Shown here in pieces: positions 30,599-39,103 of a stretch of 64,000 nucleotides of DNA (within the stretch, counting starts at the first letter, position 1; every line of letters starts with the position of its first letter). The stretch lies in sequence record OP172785. One strand, given 5' to 3'. This stretch comes from Escherichia phage ECO07P2. The notes below the pieces were generated by a model. It saw nothing but the letters and a program-made list of their open reading frames with translations, was not told the DNA's origin and searched no databases. The position numbers and the translations under genes were made by a program.

Positions 30599-31201
30599 TT
30601 ATAGATTAAATCCTTCAAAATCAAGAGTATAGATAGTGTATGTTGAATACTTTTTATACTCGTATCTATCAGCAATTCTAAATACACTTCCAGCTGGTAT
30701 CATTACTTCTTGTTCATCTGAAACTAATTCCATATTACGATAACGGTGGCTATCTGGAAACTTAAAACTTGGACTATATTCTTTACAACGTAAAGCTTTT
30801 ATAGCATACTCCTGGAAATTAAACACCATAGGAGCTTTGAATTCAAAAATAACTTGCGTGTTGTATTCTAATCCAGAAGCAAAATGTAGAGCTATATTTT
30901 TATCATATGAAGCTGATACTACTTTATCAAATGTAATAATATCAATTCCTTGATTTAACACCTGCTTAGTCTCAACTGGAACACCTCTCCAAAGAGGTTT
31001 ATCGTTTGGAACCAAACGAGATTTGATTATTTCATTTAACCAAGAATGATCGTCTGGCTTATTAGTAATACAATGAATTAAAAGTTCAATTTCGGATAAA
31101 TTAAATCCTTCAGAAAGTAATTCTTCACGAATAGAAGCACGCACAGATGCATCCATTGATTTGATTTTAAAATCTTTTAATTGCATTGCTGAATATTTCA
31201 T
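30599..31201 (-). CDS. modA: ADP-ribosyltransferase ModA
   Basis: 200 aa (T4 ModA 200 aa), paralog of adjacent ModB. Confidence 0.8.
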   Translation of the reverse strand: MKYSAMQLKDFKIKSMDASVRASIREELLSEGFNLSEIELLIHCITNKPDDHSWLNEIIKSRLVPNDKPLWRGVPVETKQVLNQGIDIITFDKVVSASYDKNIALHFASGLEYNTQVIFEFKAPMVFNFQEYAIKALRCKEYSPSFKFPDSHRYRNMELVSDEQEVMIPAGSVFRIADRYEYKKYSTYTIYTLDFEGFNL

Positions 31202-31821
31202 TCAACTACCTCAATATCATACACTTTAAATGTTCCAAATGAATCGTGTAATTTTTCTTTTGAAATAGAAGTTATTTTATACTTTCCAATTGGAATCATC
31301 CATTCTTGTTCACGTACAATCATCATTAAGTTATCAGTACGTTCTGAATCTAATCCATCAGTATCTTCATATGTATACTTAAACTCAGTATTAGGAGAAG
31401 AAAGTATAATATCGCTGATATGGTCAGAGTAATTAAAAGCTTTATCAGTTTTTAAGCGAAGTATTGTGTCAGTGAAATATTCGGCATAAGAAAAAGAACA
31501 CGCTGTATGCAAACTAGTAGTAAATGAATCTACTCTGTTCGTTGAAAACACTTCTCCGACTTGTAAATCTTTAATGAGTTCTTTTGTCGATTTTGATATA
31601 CCACGATATAGCTGATAAGGCGATTTAGTTAAATGCTTTTTAACGATTTTATTCAACTGCTGATGAAGAGCTTCATTCTTTTTGGCTTCCATACATTGCC
31701 AAAGAACTGACTGTTCAAAGTCAGTAAATTTTTCACAGACCTTTTTATACATATCATATTGAAAATCGACACTTTCAGCTTTTATAGATAACTGTTCAAC
31801 ATCTGCAAGATTAATAATCAT
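31198..31821 (-). CDS. modB: ADP-ribosyltransferase ModB
   Basis: 207 aa (T4 ModB 207 aa), ATGA overlap with modA. Confidence 0.8.
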   Translation of the reverse strand: MIINLADVEQLSIKAESVDFQYDMYKKVCEKFTDFEQSVLWQCMEAKKNEALHQQLNKIVKKHLTKSPYQLYRGISKSTKELIKDLQVGEVFSTNRVDSFTTSLHTACSFSYAEYFTDTILRLKTDKAFNYSDHISDIILSSPNTEFKYTYEDTDGLDSERTDNLMMIVREQEWMIPIGKYKITSISKEKLHDSFGTFKVYDIEVVE

Positions 31822-31847
31822 GATAGCCTCCGTATACTTCAGAAGCT

Positions 31848-31877
31848 ATCATATCATTGTTAGGAAGGAAAGTAAAC
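31848..31877 (-). promoter_or_regulatory. early promoter upstream of modB
   Basis: GTTTAC 31872-31877, TATGAT 31848-31853. Confidence 0.5.
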
Positions 31878-31888
31878 AACTTTTTGAA

Positions 31889-32071
31889 TTATTTTGCCCA
31901 GGGAGCCCAGGGCGGAGGGTCAAGATGGTATGAAGCTAGTTCTTCTAGAAGAGCATCTGGGGCTTCAATTCCATAATTCTGTAATACTATACGGTACTCT
32001 TTCTTATAATCACTAGAATCATTCTGGATATTCGTAGAATGATTATCTTCTAACATCTCAAATAAATCCAT
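31889..32071 (-). CDS. hypothetical protein (60 aa)
   Basis: ORF. Confidence 0.4.
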   Translation of the reverse strand: MDLFEMLEDNHSTNIQNDSSDYKKEYRIVLQNYGIEAPDALLEELASYHLDPPPWAPWAK

Positions 32072-32079
32072 ATTAATTC

Positions 32080-32550
32080 CTAGCGATAAAAACCAAAATA
32101 ACGATTAGCTTCAATAATTTTTCTTTCTTCTTCGGACATTCTCCAGCGCAGTCCAACATCAAAATGAGCCCAGACCATCTTAACAAATGCATTTATATCT
32201 TTAATATCTTCAATAATGAATGTTTTACTTTTAGAAGGTTGACTCGCTAATTTAACTTTATCATCTTCAAACAGGTCAAAAAGACCATATTCATGAGCTC
32301 TTTTATAGCCTTTAATAGTTAAAGCTTCAGAAGAAGAAAATGGTGAATCAGTATTCTGCAAAATATCTTCAGTATGCTTTATAATTAGAATAACATTTTC
32401 TGGATATTTTCTTTCTTTTATATCTTTAATTAAAATATCCGGATTTTCTGCTAAAGGAATAATTAATGAGCACTTTTTGTCAAGTGTATTTACCGATTTA
32501 CCTTCTTTAGACATAAATTCTATTGAATAATGTTTTGCTACTTCAATCAT
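32080..32550 (-). CDS. hypothetical protein (156 aa)
   Basis: ORF. Confidence 0.5.
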   Translation of the reverse strand: MIEVAKHYSIEFMSKEGKSVNTLDKKCSLIIPLAENPDILIKDIKERKYPENVILIIKHTEDILQNTDSPFSSSEALTIKGYKRAHEYGLFDLFEDDKVKLASQPSKSKTFIIEDIKDINAFVKMVWAHFDVGLRWRMSEEERKIIEANRYFGFYR

Positions 32551-32695
32551 GTGATTTCCTCTTGCCTACTAATGGGCCGTCAGGAATTTTGTTTTCCTGG
32601 ATATATTTCTCATTTTCTTCCATCATTTTACTACCGACTTTAAGAAGCAAATCTAGTGCTTCATTTGCTTTAGCTTTAGCCTCTTCTAACGTCAT
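32543..32695 (-). CDS. hypothetical small protein (50 aa)
   Basis: Hand-translated [31 protein letters not shown]...; below ORF-track cutoff. Confidence 0.35.
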   Translation of the reverse strand: MTLEEAKAKANEALDLLLKVGSKMMEENEKYIQENKIPDGPLVGKRKSHD

Positions 32696-32703
32696 ATCTC
32701 TGT

Positions 32704-32907
32704 TCACGATTTATCCCCATAGATGTCTCTCATCAATTTAAGCGCTGAGCGTTCTAATTTCTTTTCTTTCTCAGCACTAATCATTGATTTCATCCATTCT
32801 TCTGATTCGTTTTGCATTTCTTTATTTGCCTGTTCAACCCAACCATCGTCAATGTACATTGAGTTTGGTCTACTGAACCATTCAAGCATTTTCTTCAGAA
32901 CTTTCAT
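32704..32907 (-). CDS. hypothetical protein (67 aa)
   Basis: ORF, charged. Confidence 0.4.
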   Translation of the reverse strand: MKVLKKMLEWFSRPNSMYIDDGWVEQANKEMQNESEEWMKSMISAEKEKKLERSALKLMRDIYGDKS

Positions 32908-33367
32908 TTGTTTTACCTAAAACAACAGTAGGAGCATCGTCAAATTTATGAATTTTTAGCAATTTTGGATTTAAATTATTCCATACATAATAAATGAAGT
33001 ATGATAAAGCATCTTCACTCGCAATTATAAATTTATTTCCTTTATCTATTTTCCAGTCATATACTGAATCGTACGAATAAAAAGATAAAGGGTTATCATT
33101 ATATTGTTCTGCGCTAACATTGATGTATTCGGATTTAGTAAATGCTTCAATTGCTCTAAACGGACTATTTGGCACAGTTTCAATAATTCCGATCTTTTTA
33201 AGTTTTATTTCAGCATCTTCTGGAACTGGCATTGAAACAAAATTTTCTACGAGATACATTGGGTCACAATAACCCTTATCAATCATTACTGCTACGGTAA
33301 TTGGAACGTCTTTAGCAAACGACATACTATTACTGCTAATATACATTTCAAACAAAATCGCTTCCAT
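32882..33367 (-). CDS. hypothetical protein (161 aa from MEAILF), possibly Mrh
   Basis: Length and position match T4 mrh; sequence identity not verified. Confidence 0.4.
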   Translation of the reverse strand: MEAILFEMYISSNSMSFAKDVPITVAVMIDKGYCDPMYLVENFVSMPVPEDAEIKLKKIGIIETVPNSPFRAIEAFTKSEYINVSAEQYNDNPLSFYSYDSVYDWKIDKGNKFIIASEDALSYFIYYVWNNLNPKLLKIHKFDDAPTVVLGKTNESSEENA

Positions 33368-33375
33368 AATTTTCC

Positions 33376-33717
33376 TCAATCACAAGATGTAGATGAACAA
33401 CTAGAATCGCAAGAACTTCCACACGAATCGCCCGTCCATACATGAACAGGAACATTAGTGTCATATGAATCAGAACTAGACTGTGTATTCTGTGTATTAG
33501 ATGATGCAGTAGGTGTTGACCAGCGCCAAGGATTTTTATAATATTCTTGGGCTTCTTCATAAGTCATAGTAACTGCTTCTACTGTTCCATCTCCCATATA
33601 AACATATTCAACTACAGTTAAAGGAAGGTAGTCATTTGAAATAGGAACTACACCTTCTCCAGGAGCTGTAGAGAAAAAATCCGTAAAGAAACTTTTAAAC
33701 CAATTAAAGATAAACAT
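33376..33717 (-). CDS. hypothetical protein with Cys/Ser-rich C-terminal tail (113 aa)
   Basis: C-terminus [20 protein letters not shown]. Confidence 0.5.
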   Translation of the reverse strand: MFIFNWFKSFFTDFFSTAPGEGVVPISNDYLPLTVVEYVYMGDGTVEAVTMTYEEAQEYYKNPWRWSTPTASSNTQNTQSSSDSYDTNVPVHVWTGDSCGSSCDSSCSSTSCD

Positions 33718-33923
33718 TACAAAAAGCCTCTTTTGAATTCAACTTGCTTCTCGCCATAATCATATCGAATCTCTGCATTAAATTCGACAGAACCATCTGC
33801 GTACATCATAAATGAATGCACAACAACTTCTGTAGACCATGGCTGTAATTCATATTTCTTCATTACATGCCGTGAAATGATAATATCTAAATCTTCATTT
33901 GGTTTAATCCAACGATTTAACAT
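33717..33923 (-). CDS. hypothetical protein (68 aa)
   Basis: ORF downstream of early promoter. Confidence 0.5.
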   Translation of the reverse strand: MLNRWIKPNEDLDIIISRHVMKKYELQPWSTEVVVHSFMMYADGSVEFNAEIRYDYGEKQVEFKRGFL

Positions 33924-33949
33924 AGTGCTCTCCTCTATAAGATAATTTT

Positions 33950-33979
33950 ATTATACCATACTCATTTTGGAAAGTAAAC
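33950..33979 (-). promoter_or_regulatory. early promoter
   Basis: GTTTAC 33974-33979, TATAAT 33950-33955. Confidence 0.55.
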
Positions 33980-33994
33980 CAGTAAAATGAAAAA

Positions 33995-34014
33995 AGGACT
34001 CCCGGAGGAGTCCT
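33995..34014 (-). terminator. terminator hairpin after soc
   Basis: AGGACTCC-CGGA-GGAGTCCT directly 3' of the soc stop. Confidence 0.5.
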
Positions 34015-34021
34015 TGAATTA

Positions 34022-34258
34022 TTAACCACCTATTTGTGTAGGCGTAAACATTGCAGCATTCTTAGTTTTCCAATCAGCTGCATCAGAAACTACAGTAGAA
34101 TATGCTGCCTTTTCTGACGGAAAGATTTGATAATGAGAATCTGCGATACGATGCTCGTTAGAATAAATTTCAAACGGAACAGAAACTTCCATACCTTTAA
34201 CTTCTTTGCCTTCACCTGCTGGATGAGTAAAGGTCTTGATGTTAACGAAACCACCCAT
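34022..34258 (-). CDS. soc: small outer capsid protein Soc
   Basis: 78 aa, YVNIKTF...HYQ.FPSEKAAYSTV resembles T4 Soc; own late promoter. Confidence 0.85.
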   Translation of the reverse strand: MGGFVNIKTFTHPAGEGKEVKGMEVSVPFEIYSNEHRIADSHYQIFPSEKAAYSTVVSDAADWKTKNAAMFTPTQIGG

Positions 34259-34289
34259 AATAAACTCCTTTATTGTTTAATTACAGGTG

Positions 34290-34297
34290 TATTTATA
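34290..34297 (-). promoter_or_regulatory. late promoter TATAAATA for soc
   Basis: Minus-strand TATAAATA about 32 nt upstream of the soc ATG. Confidence 0.65.
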
Positions 34298-34467
34298 TCA
34301 GTTTTCAATGAAAACTTGTGCCATGAATTCATGTTCATCTTGAATTTGTTTATATAAAGCCATTACAGCATTTATATTAGAGCTATCTACTTTAAGTTGA
34401 TAAGCATACAGCTCATGTAAATTAATTAAAGCTTTTTGACGTTTAATAAATTCTTCTTTGGATATTT

Positions 34468-34671
34468 TCATTTTGAATGCTCTATAATTAATTTTAAGGC
34501 TTCTTCGCTGACAAAAATTTCATCAGGACCTTCTTCTACAACCCAATCAGCCATACGAAGCTGATTAGATAAGAGCTCACATACGAGCTCCTTATCATAA
34601 TTTTTAAATAGCTGGTCAATACGTTTCTTGCGGGCTTTCTTAAGCTGGCGTTTATTTAAACGAGCCATCAA
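34468..34671 (-). CDS. hypothetical protein (67 aa)
   Basis: Basic N-terminus; sits where T4 carries segF. Confidence 0.45.
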   Translation of the reverse strand: MMARLNKRQLKKARKKRIDQLFKNYDKELVCELLSNQLRMADWVVEEGPDEIFVSEEALKLIIEHSK

Positions 34672-35186
34672 TAACCTCGGTCTTGACGAGCGAAGTTTTC
34701 AGCATTTTTCAGATAATAAAGTTTAAAGATTTCTTCAGCCGTAAGACCAAGACCTTGGAACATGTTCAGAACGAAATGAAGAATATCAATCATTTCGAAT
34801 TTAATTTCCAACTGATCTTGCGGAGACAAATCAGTAATTAGAGTTTCACGGCGTTCACCATGTTGAGCTTTCCAAGGCTTCCATACAGCAGATGCATCTT
34901 TTTCACCATTGCTCATGCCGCCAAGAGAAGTCAGAAGTTCACGGAATTCATCGTCAATATAATCTTTTTGATTACGCAGCCAATCAACAACTTCGCCTGC
35001 AGTAGCCAAATCATCAGGATGACGGTTATATTCAGGTTTATCTTTAGCTAAACGAACCTGCAAAGATTTCTGCATATCAAGCATAACCTGTAGTGGGTCT
35101 TTTTCATCACCGAGAATATCCCAGTATTCATTTTGAGCTTTATCAGCGCCTTCGATCAGTTGTGAACATTCATTAAAGTATGCCAT
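34668..35186 (-). CDS. 56: dCTPase/dCDPase gp56 (MazG-like)
   Basis: Start placed at MAYFNECSQLIEGADKAQNEYWDILGDEKDP (172 aa) with AAGGA RBS; the ORF-track upstream extension begins at GTG. Confidence 0.85.
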   Translation of the reverse strand: MAYFNECSQLIEGADKAQNEYWDILGDEKDPLQVMLDMQKSLQVRLAKDKPEYNRHPDDLATAGEVVDWLRNQKDYIDDEFRELLTSLGGMSNGEKDASAVWKPWKAQHGERRETLITDLSPQDQLEIKFEMIDILHFVLNMFQGLGLTAEEIFKLYYLKNAENFARQDRGY

Positions 35187-35220
35187 TATTTTTCCTTTCA
35201 ATTCATGGGTTAGTAGATTA

Positions 35221-35244
35221 ATTATACAATAAATATATAAAGCA
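35221..35244 (-). promoter_or_regulatory. MotA-dependent middle promoter for gene 56
   Basis: Minus strand TGCTTTA (35238-35244), 11 nt, TATAAT (35221-35226). Confidence 0.6.
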
Positions 35245-35257
35245 ATAAGGAGGACAT

Positions 35258-35458
35258 ATGGTACAAAAATTAATGGCACTTGTTAATGCCATAAAAGGTA
35301 ATAAAAAACGTATAGCTTTTACTATTTCTGCTATGGTAGGAATTTTACTTTGGAATTTTGTTTTATCGCCAATTGCTATTGCTCATGGCGTTAATATTCC
35401 AGTAATTACTCTTGATACATTCGTAGATTTAGCATTTGCTTTAGTTGGGTTAATTTAA
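35258..35458 (+). CDS. hypothetical two-TM membrane protein (66 aa) on the opposite strand
   Basis: TAAGGAGGA RBS 4 nt before ATG; two hydrophobic segments; fills the 56-61 intergenic space. Confidence 0.4.
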   Translation: MVQKLMALVNAIKGNKKRIAFTISAMVGILLWNFVLSPIAIAHGVNIPVITLDTFVDLAFALVGLI

Positions 35459-36483
35459 ATCTTAGCATATTTAGATAGCCGCATTTTAGCCATCAACCCC
35501 TGCGCAATATTATTTTTCATATATTCCATAATTTGTTCAGGGGTTGCACCTTCCTTTCTAATCATATCATTAACATCTTTTGATTTCCAGGGAGATTTGT
35601 CCCAAAACATAACCCTTTCTCCTGCATCAACCAATTTAGTCATTCGTTTAATAGTGTCAGGATGACGAGGTTCATTATCTAAAACCCATACACGTCTATC
35701 TTTAAATGGAACAATTTCTAGGTCTAATTGACCACCTGTAATAGCTATACCATTTTCAATAAAAAGTGAATCTATAGGTCCTTCTAGAACATATACATCA
35801 CCATCTTTGACCCGTTCAACGCCATAGATTTTTGTTGCCTCAGGATAAGCTTTGATGGTGATATATTTTTGGGGAGCATCTTTCTTTAACGCACGTCCTT
35901 GAAAAGACTCAGCTTTTCCATTAGCATTATAAATTGGAATAACAAGACGAGGCTCAGGTATTTCCTTTTTGTATGTTCCTGGTGCTATACTATTAACTAA
36001 TTTAGGCCATTCGGTTGTAAACCAAAGATATTTCCATTTGTCCTTTGGAATACAACGAGCTTTTACGTATTTTATAATTGGATGGTCTTCCGCCAGTTTA
36101 TCTAATCTAACACATGACGGAAGAGATTTAATTATTTTCTTCTCAGGTTGTTTAGGAAGTTCTTTAGGTTTTTCTACTGGACGACTTTTACCTTTTTCTT
36201 TTCTTATTTCAAAGATATACTCACGATATAAATCGGGTTCAAACTCCTTTAAATATATTCCGATTGGTGCATGATAGTTACAGTTATAACAATGAATATT
36301 TCCTTCATTATTATCGCCATAATACCATCCACGAGCTTTATTTTGGTCGGTTTTTGAATCTCCACAAACAGGGCATCTAAACCGCAATTTAAAAGTTGAA
36401 CTATTATTTACTTGTGTAAATTTAGGTAAATGAGCTAATGCACGATATGCAAACTCATTATCAATCCAAGGTATTGATGACAT
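35455..36483 (-). CDS. 61: DNA primase gp61
   Basis: 342 aa (T4 gp61 342 aa), N-terminal zinc ribbon CPVCGDS...CYNC, Toprim-like core. Confidence 0.9.
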   Translation of the reverse strand: MSSIPWIDNEFAYRALAHLPKFTQVNNSSTFKLRFRCPVCGDSKTDQNKARGWYYGDNNEGNIHCYNCNYHAPIGIYLKEFEPDLYREYIFEIRKEKGKSRPVEKPKELPKQPEKKIIKSLPSCVRLDKLAEDHPIIKYVKARCIPKDKWKYLWFTTEWPKLVNSIAPGTYKKEIPEPRLVIPIYNANGKAESFQGRALKKDAPQKYITIKAYPEATKIYGVERVKDGDVYVLEGPIDSLFIENGIAITGGQLDLEIVPFKDRRVWVLDNEPRHPDTIKRMTKLVDAGERVMFWDKSPWKSKDVNDMIRKEGATPEQIMEYMKNNIAQGLMAKMRLSKYAKI

Positions 36484-36485
36484 TT

Positions 36486-36650
36486 TTACTCTTCTTTTTC
36501 TTTAGATTCCTCTTTTTTCTTTTTAGGAATCTGTTCAGGGCCTTTATTTACTACAGCGCCTGACGTTGTTCCAGTAGAGATATTTTCAGGATTACTACCC
36601 GAATCTCCAGCTACCATATCTTCTTTGATAAATTCTTTATATGTTTTCAT
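36486..36650 (-). CDS. hypothetical small protein (54 aa)
   Basis: Hand-translated MKTYKEFIKEDMVAGDSGSNPENI...; below ORF-track cutoff. Confidence 0.35.
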   Translation of the reverse strand: MKTYKEFIKEDMVAGDSGSNPENISTGTTSGAVVNKGPEQIPKKKKEESKEKEE

Positions 36651-36651
36651 A

Positions 36652-37008
36652 TTAACCTCTATTCATAAAAGCATTAAAAATTTGGTCATCAATCGATGGA
36701 ACAGCAACCTTTTCTACATCATTTAGCAAATCATTAATTTCATCAGATAGCATAACACATGTACCTTTATTTCCTGTAATTGTTACTGCACAATTACGAA
36801 CGTTTTCTTTATCAAATTTTAGGTTAATATTTTCGTAGTGAAAATCCTTTAATGCCGAATATATCTTTAAAATGAAATTGTCTTTTACTACAATAAACCC
36901 AACCTCACTATTAAAACGCGGTTCATGGAAACTGTAATAAACCTTTTCATCTATAAAATCGTATGAAATTTTTTCCATTTTTAAATATGAAAATTCAGAA
37001 CTATACAT
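36652..37008 (-). CDS. hypothetical protein (118 aa) sharing C-terminal tail with next gene
   Basis: Ends SIDDQIFNAFMNRG; its 3' about 45 nt are duplicated at the end of 37010..37642. Confidence 0.55.
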   Translation of the reverse strand: MYSSEFSYLKMEKISYDFIDEKVYYSFHEPRFNSEVGFIVVKDNFILKIYSALKDFHYENINLKFDKENVRNCAVTITGNKGTCVMLSDEINDLLNDVEKVAVPSIDDQIFNAFMNRG

Positions 37009-37009
37009 A

Positions 37010-37642
37010 TTAACCTTTATTCATAAAAGCATTAAAAATTTGATCGTCAATAGAAACTTTTACTTTAGGCTGTTCTTCAAACGGTAATTCATATCCACAT
37101 ATTACAATTTTGTGATCGATACCAAAATACACAGAAGCAATATTATTAATATTATTTTCAGTGAAATCTAAATCAACATCAATATCTTTTTGACTAACGC
37201 TCAAAGGATAATTAATACGAATAATTCGATTATCTTTAACAAAGATTCCACCGACATACTCTGTGCTGCGTTTAAAGTTTACACGTTTCCTAAATGAAAA
37301 ATATTCAGGTTCTTTATGGGCTCGACTCATAGGGCTTAAAGTGTATTCCGAATATGAAATATCAAATCCTACACCTTCAATATGAGCCAAAGTATCATGA
37401 TTAAACCAATTATAATCGTATGCCAAATCCATTAAATTGTAATATGTGAAAGGCACCGGATTAACATCATATGTTGTACCTTTAAAATCTGCCCAGGCAA
37501 CGATTTCGTTATCTTTAACAATTACAAAAATTGTGCCAATAAGATATCCACGGTTATTTTCATTAGGTGTTATATTATAACATTGTGCATCAGGAAATTT
37601 ACCGTATTTAAACGGTGGATTTTTGTGCATATAATAAATCAT
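37010..37642 (-). CDS. hypothetical protein (210 aa), 61.2-position gene
   Basis: Ends SIDDQIFNAFMNKG; occupies the 61.x region between primase and sp. Confidence 0.55.
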   Translation of the reverse strand: MIYYMHKNPPFKYGKFPDAQCYNITPNENNRGYLIGTIFVIVKDNEIVAWADFKGTTYDVNPVPFTYYNLMDLAYDYNWFNHDTLAHIEGVGFDISYSEYTLSPMSRAHKEPEYFSFRKRVNFKRSTEYVGGIFVKDNRIIRINYPLSVSQKDIDVDLDFTENNINNIASVYFGIDHKIVICGYELPFEEQPKVKVSIDDQIFNAFMNKG

Positions 37643-37643
37643 A

Positions 37644-37937
37644 TTATTCGCCTGTGATTTCGGTTACGATATTTTTATTATTAAAGTTTTTATCGCAATA
37701 CAGAACATAATTATACTGCATTACACCACCAGACTTAAGTTGTTTTTGCACTTCAGCTTTCATTTCAGGACGATCACGCTCAACGATATTCATAATATCG
37801 GCTTCAATCTGAGTTTCAACCTCAGTCTGATCTGCAGTCATAGACCACTCACACAAATCTTTGTCATAACCCGCCATAGCAGGCTGAGCAGCGCAAGAAG
37901 ATAAAGCAAAAATTGCAGCAAAGATAAATTTTTTCAT
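37644..37937 (-). CDS. sp: Spackle periplasmic protein Sp
   Basis: 97 aa with signal peptide MKKFIFAAIFALSSCAAQPAMA; T4 Sp is 97 aa at this position. Confidence 0.8.
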   Translation of the reverse strand: MKKFIFAAIFALSSCAAQPAMAGYDKDLCEWSMTADQTEVETQIEADIMNIVERDRPEMKAEVQKQLKSGGVMQYNYVLYCDKNFNNKNIVTEITGE

Positions 37938-37963
37938 GATAATCTCCTCAGTAGTTTATGTTT

Positions 37964-37993
37964 ATAGTATCTCAATTTTCAACAAAAGTAAAC
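37964..37993 (-). promoter_or_regulatory. early promoter upstream of sp
   Basis: GTTTAC 37988-37993, TACTAT 37964-37969. Confidence 0.55.
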
Positions 37994-38040
37994 ACTAGTA
38001 GAAGCAAACAGACAAATTACAATAATTGGTGATTTCAGTT

Positions 38041-38232
38041 TCATTCTTCTCCTCCATGTTGATGAACATATTCTTTTTCAAGTCTAGAGCACAAGTTTTC
38101 ATATTCAACTAATAAAAATGAATCAAGTGCGTTATTTCTATGCTGACACCGTTCTTGTAAAGAATCCATCTCTGAACGTTGTTCTTGTGTTAATAATTGA
38201 TAACCTGATACTTTAGACATTTTATTCTCCAT
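38041..38232 (-). CDS. hypothetical protein (63 aa)
   Basis: ORF. Confidence 0.45.
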   Translation of the reverse strand: MENKMSKVSGYQLLTQEQRSEMDSLQERCQHRNNALDSFLLVEYENLCSRLEKEYVHQHGGEE

Positions 38233-38284
38233 TTACTCGTTTGTTTTGATAGGTCTATAATAACATGTTTAAAACAAAAGTAAA

Positions 38285-38539
38285 CTATTTTATTTCCTCA
38301 AGTTCGTTAATCAATAAAAGTTCTCTGACGCTAAAAACAAAGAAAAATGTGTTCCCATCAACCAGAGCATGACCGCTAATAGAACACCCTCTGCGGAATT
38401 TAGAAACTTCACAATCTAGAACTGTAAAGGGTTTTAATCCTATGACTTTAACTGTGCGTCTATTCAGTTCACAACCACTCGCGAATTTTTCCAAATCTTC
38501 TTCTGATTTAAACTGATATTCTCTATTAACTAGCATCAT
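38285..38539 (-). CDS. hypothetical protein (84 aa)
   Basis: ORF. Confidence 0.5.
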   Translation of the reverse strand: MMLVNREYQFKSEEDLEKFASGCELNRRTVKVIGLKPFTVLDCEVSKFRRGCSISGHALVDGNTFFFVFSVRELLLINELEEIK

Positions 38540-38558
38540 TTTCTTTTCTCCGCGATTA

Positions 38559-38600
38559 GCTGATAGAATTACTATAACACAACTCTATCAGCTTGTAAAC
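38559..38600 (-). promoter_or_regulatory. early promoter with stem-loop
   Basis: GTTTAC 38595-38600, TATAGT 38571-38576, inverted repeat AGCTGATAG...CTATCAGCT. Confidence 0.55.
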
Positions 38601-38602
38601 TA

Positions 38603-38902
38603 CTATTTTAAAACTTCTGTATAATCACATGTTACAAACTGTTTCTCTAACTTGACGATTTTACGAAAGTATCTTTTGCATTGGCGAATCTGCCGCTTTG
38701 TAGGGCGCACAGCAAACTTAATAAATTCCACTCGACCAAATGGAGGGCTTTCTTCTGCTGGAATATCTAATACCAATTCCCACGTATCTGCGATAAGTGC
38801 TTTGAATTGAGTATTTTTCCTTACGTTATACGGAGTAGGTTTAAATAAAACAATATGCATATTATCCTCGGCAATCCACTTCGCATACTTTCTTGTCATC
38901 AA
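38603..38902 (-). CDS. hypothetical protein (99 aa)
   Basis: ORF. Confidence 0.5.
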   Translation of the reverse strand: MMTRKYAKWIAEDNMHIVLFKPTPYNVRKNTQFKALIADTWELVLDIPAEESPPFGRVEFIKFAVRPTKRQIRQCKRYFRKIVKLEKQFVTCDYTEVLK

Positions 38903-39044
38903 TGAAAGCTTTAACTAGCGCTTTATTAACTTCAGCATATTGAGTAGTAGCCCATTGAACGTCATCTTTCATCATTGTGATTTCTTTAGTAAACATGCTT
39001 TCATTCTTAAACCACCCCATAAAAACTACCTTTACCAATTCCAT
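38862..39044 (-). CDS. dmd: Dmd, discriminator of mRNA degradation (antitoxin against host RnlA/LsoA)
   Basis: 60 aa MELVKVVFMGWFKNESMFTKEITMMKDD..., matches remembered T4 Dmd; directly downstream of gene 41. Confidence 0.8.
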   Translation of the reverse strand: MELVKVVFMGWFKNESMFTKEITMMKDDVQWATTQYAEVNKALVKAFIDDKKVCEVDCRG

Positions 39045-39062
39045 AAAAATCTCCTCATTTAA

Positions 39063-39103
39063 CCGACAAGACTACTATACCATAGTCTTGTCGGCTTGTA
39101 AAC
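39063..39103 (-). promoter_or_regulatory. early promoter with 12-bp stem-loop
   Basis: GTTTAC 39098-39103, TATAGT 39074-39079, inverted repeat CCGACAAGACTA...TAGTCTTGTCGG. Confidence 0.55.

Noticed and set aside
33348-33560. His-rich 70 aa ORF
   Set aside because: Same-strand alternative frame overlapping the Cys/Ser-rich protein ORF; no independent signals
35969-36274. Plus-strand 101 aa ORF
   Set aside because: Antisense within primase gene 61
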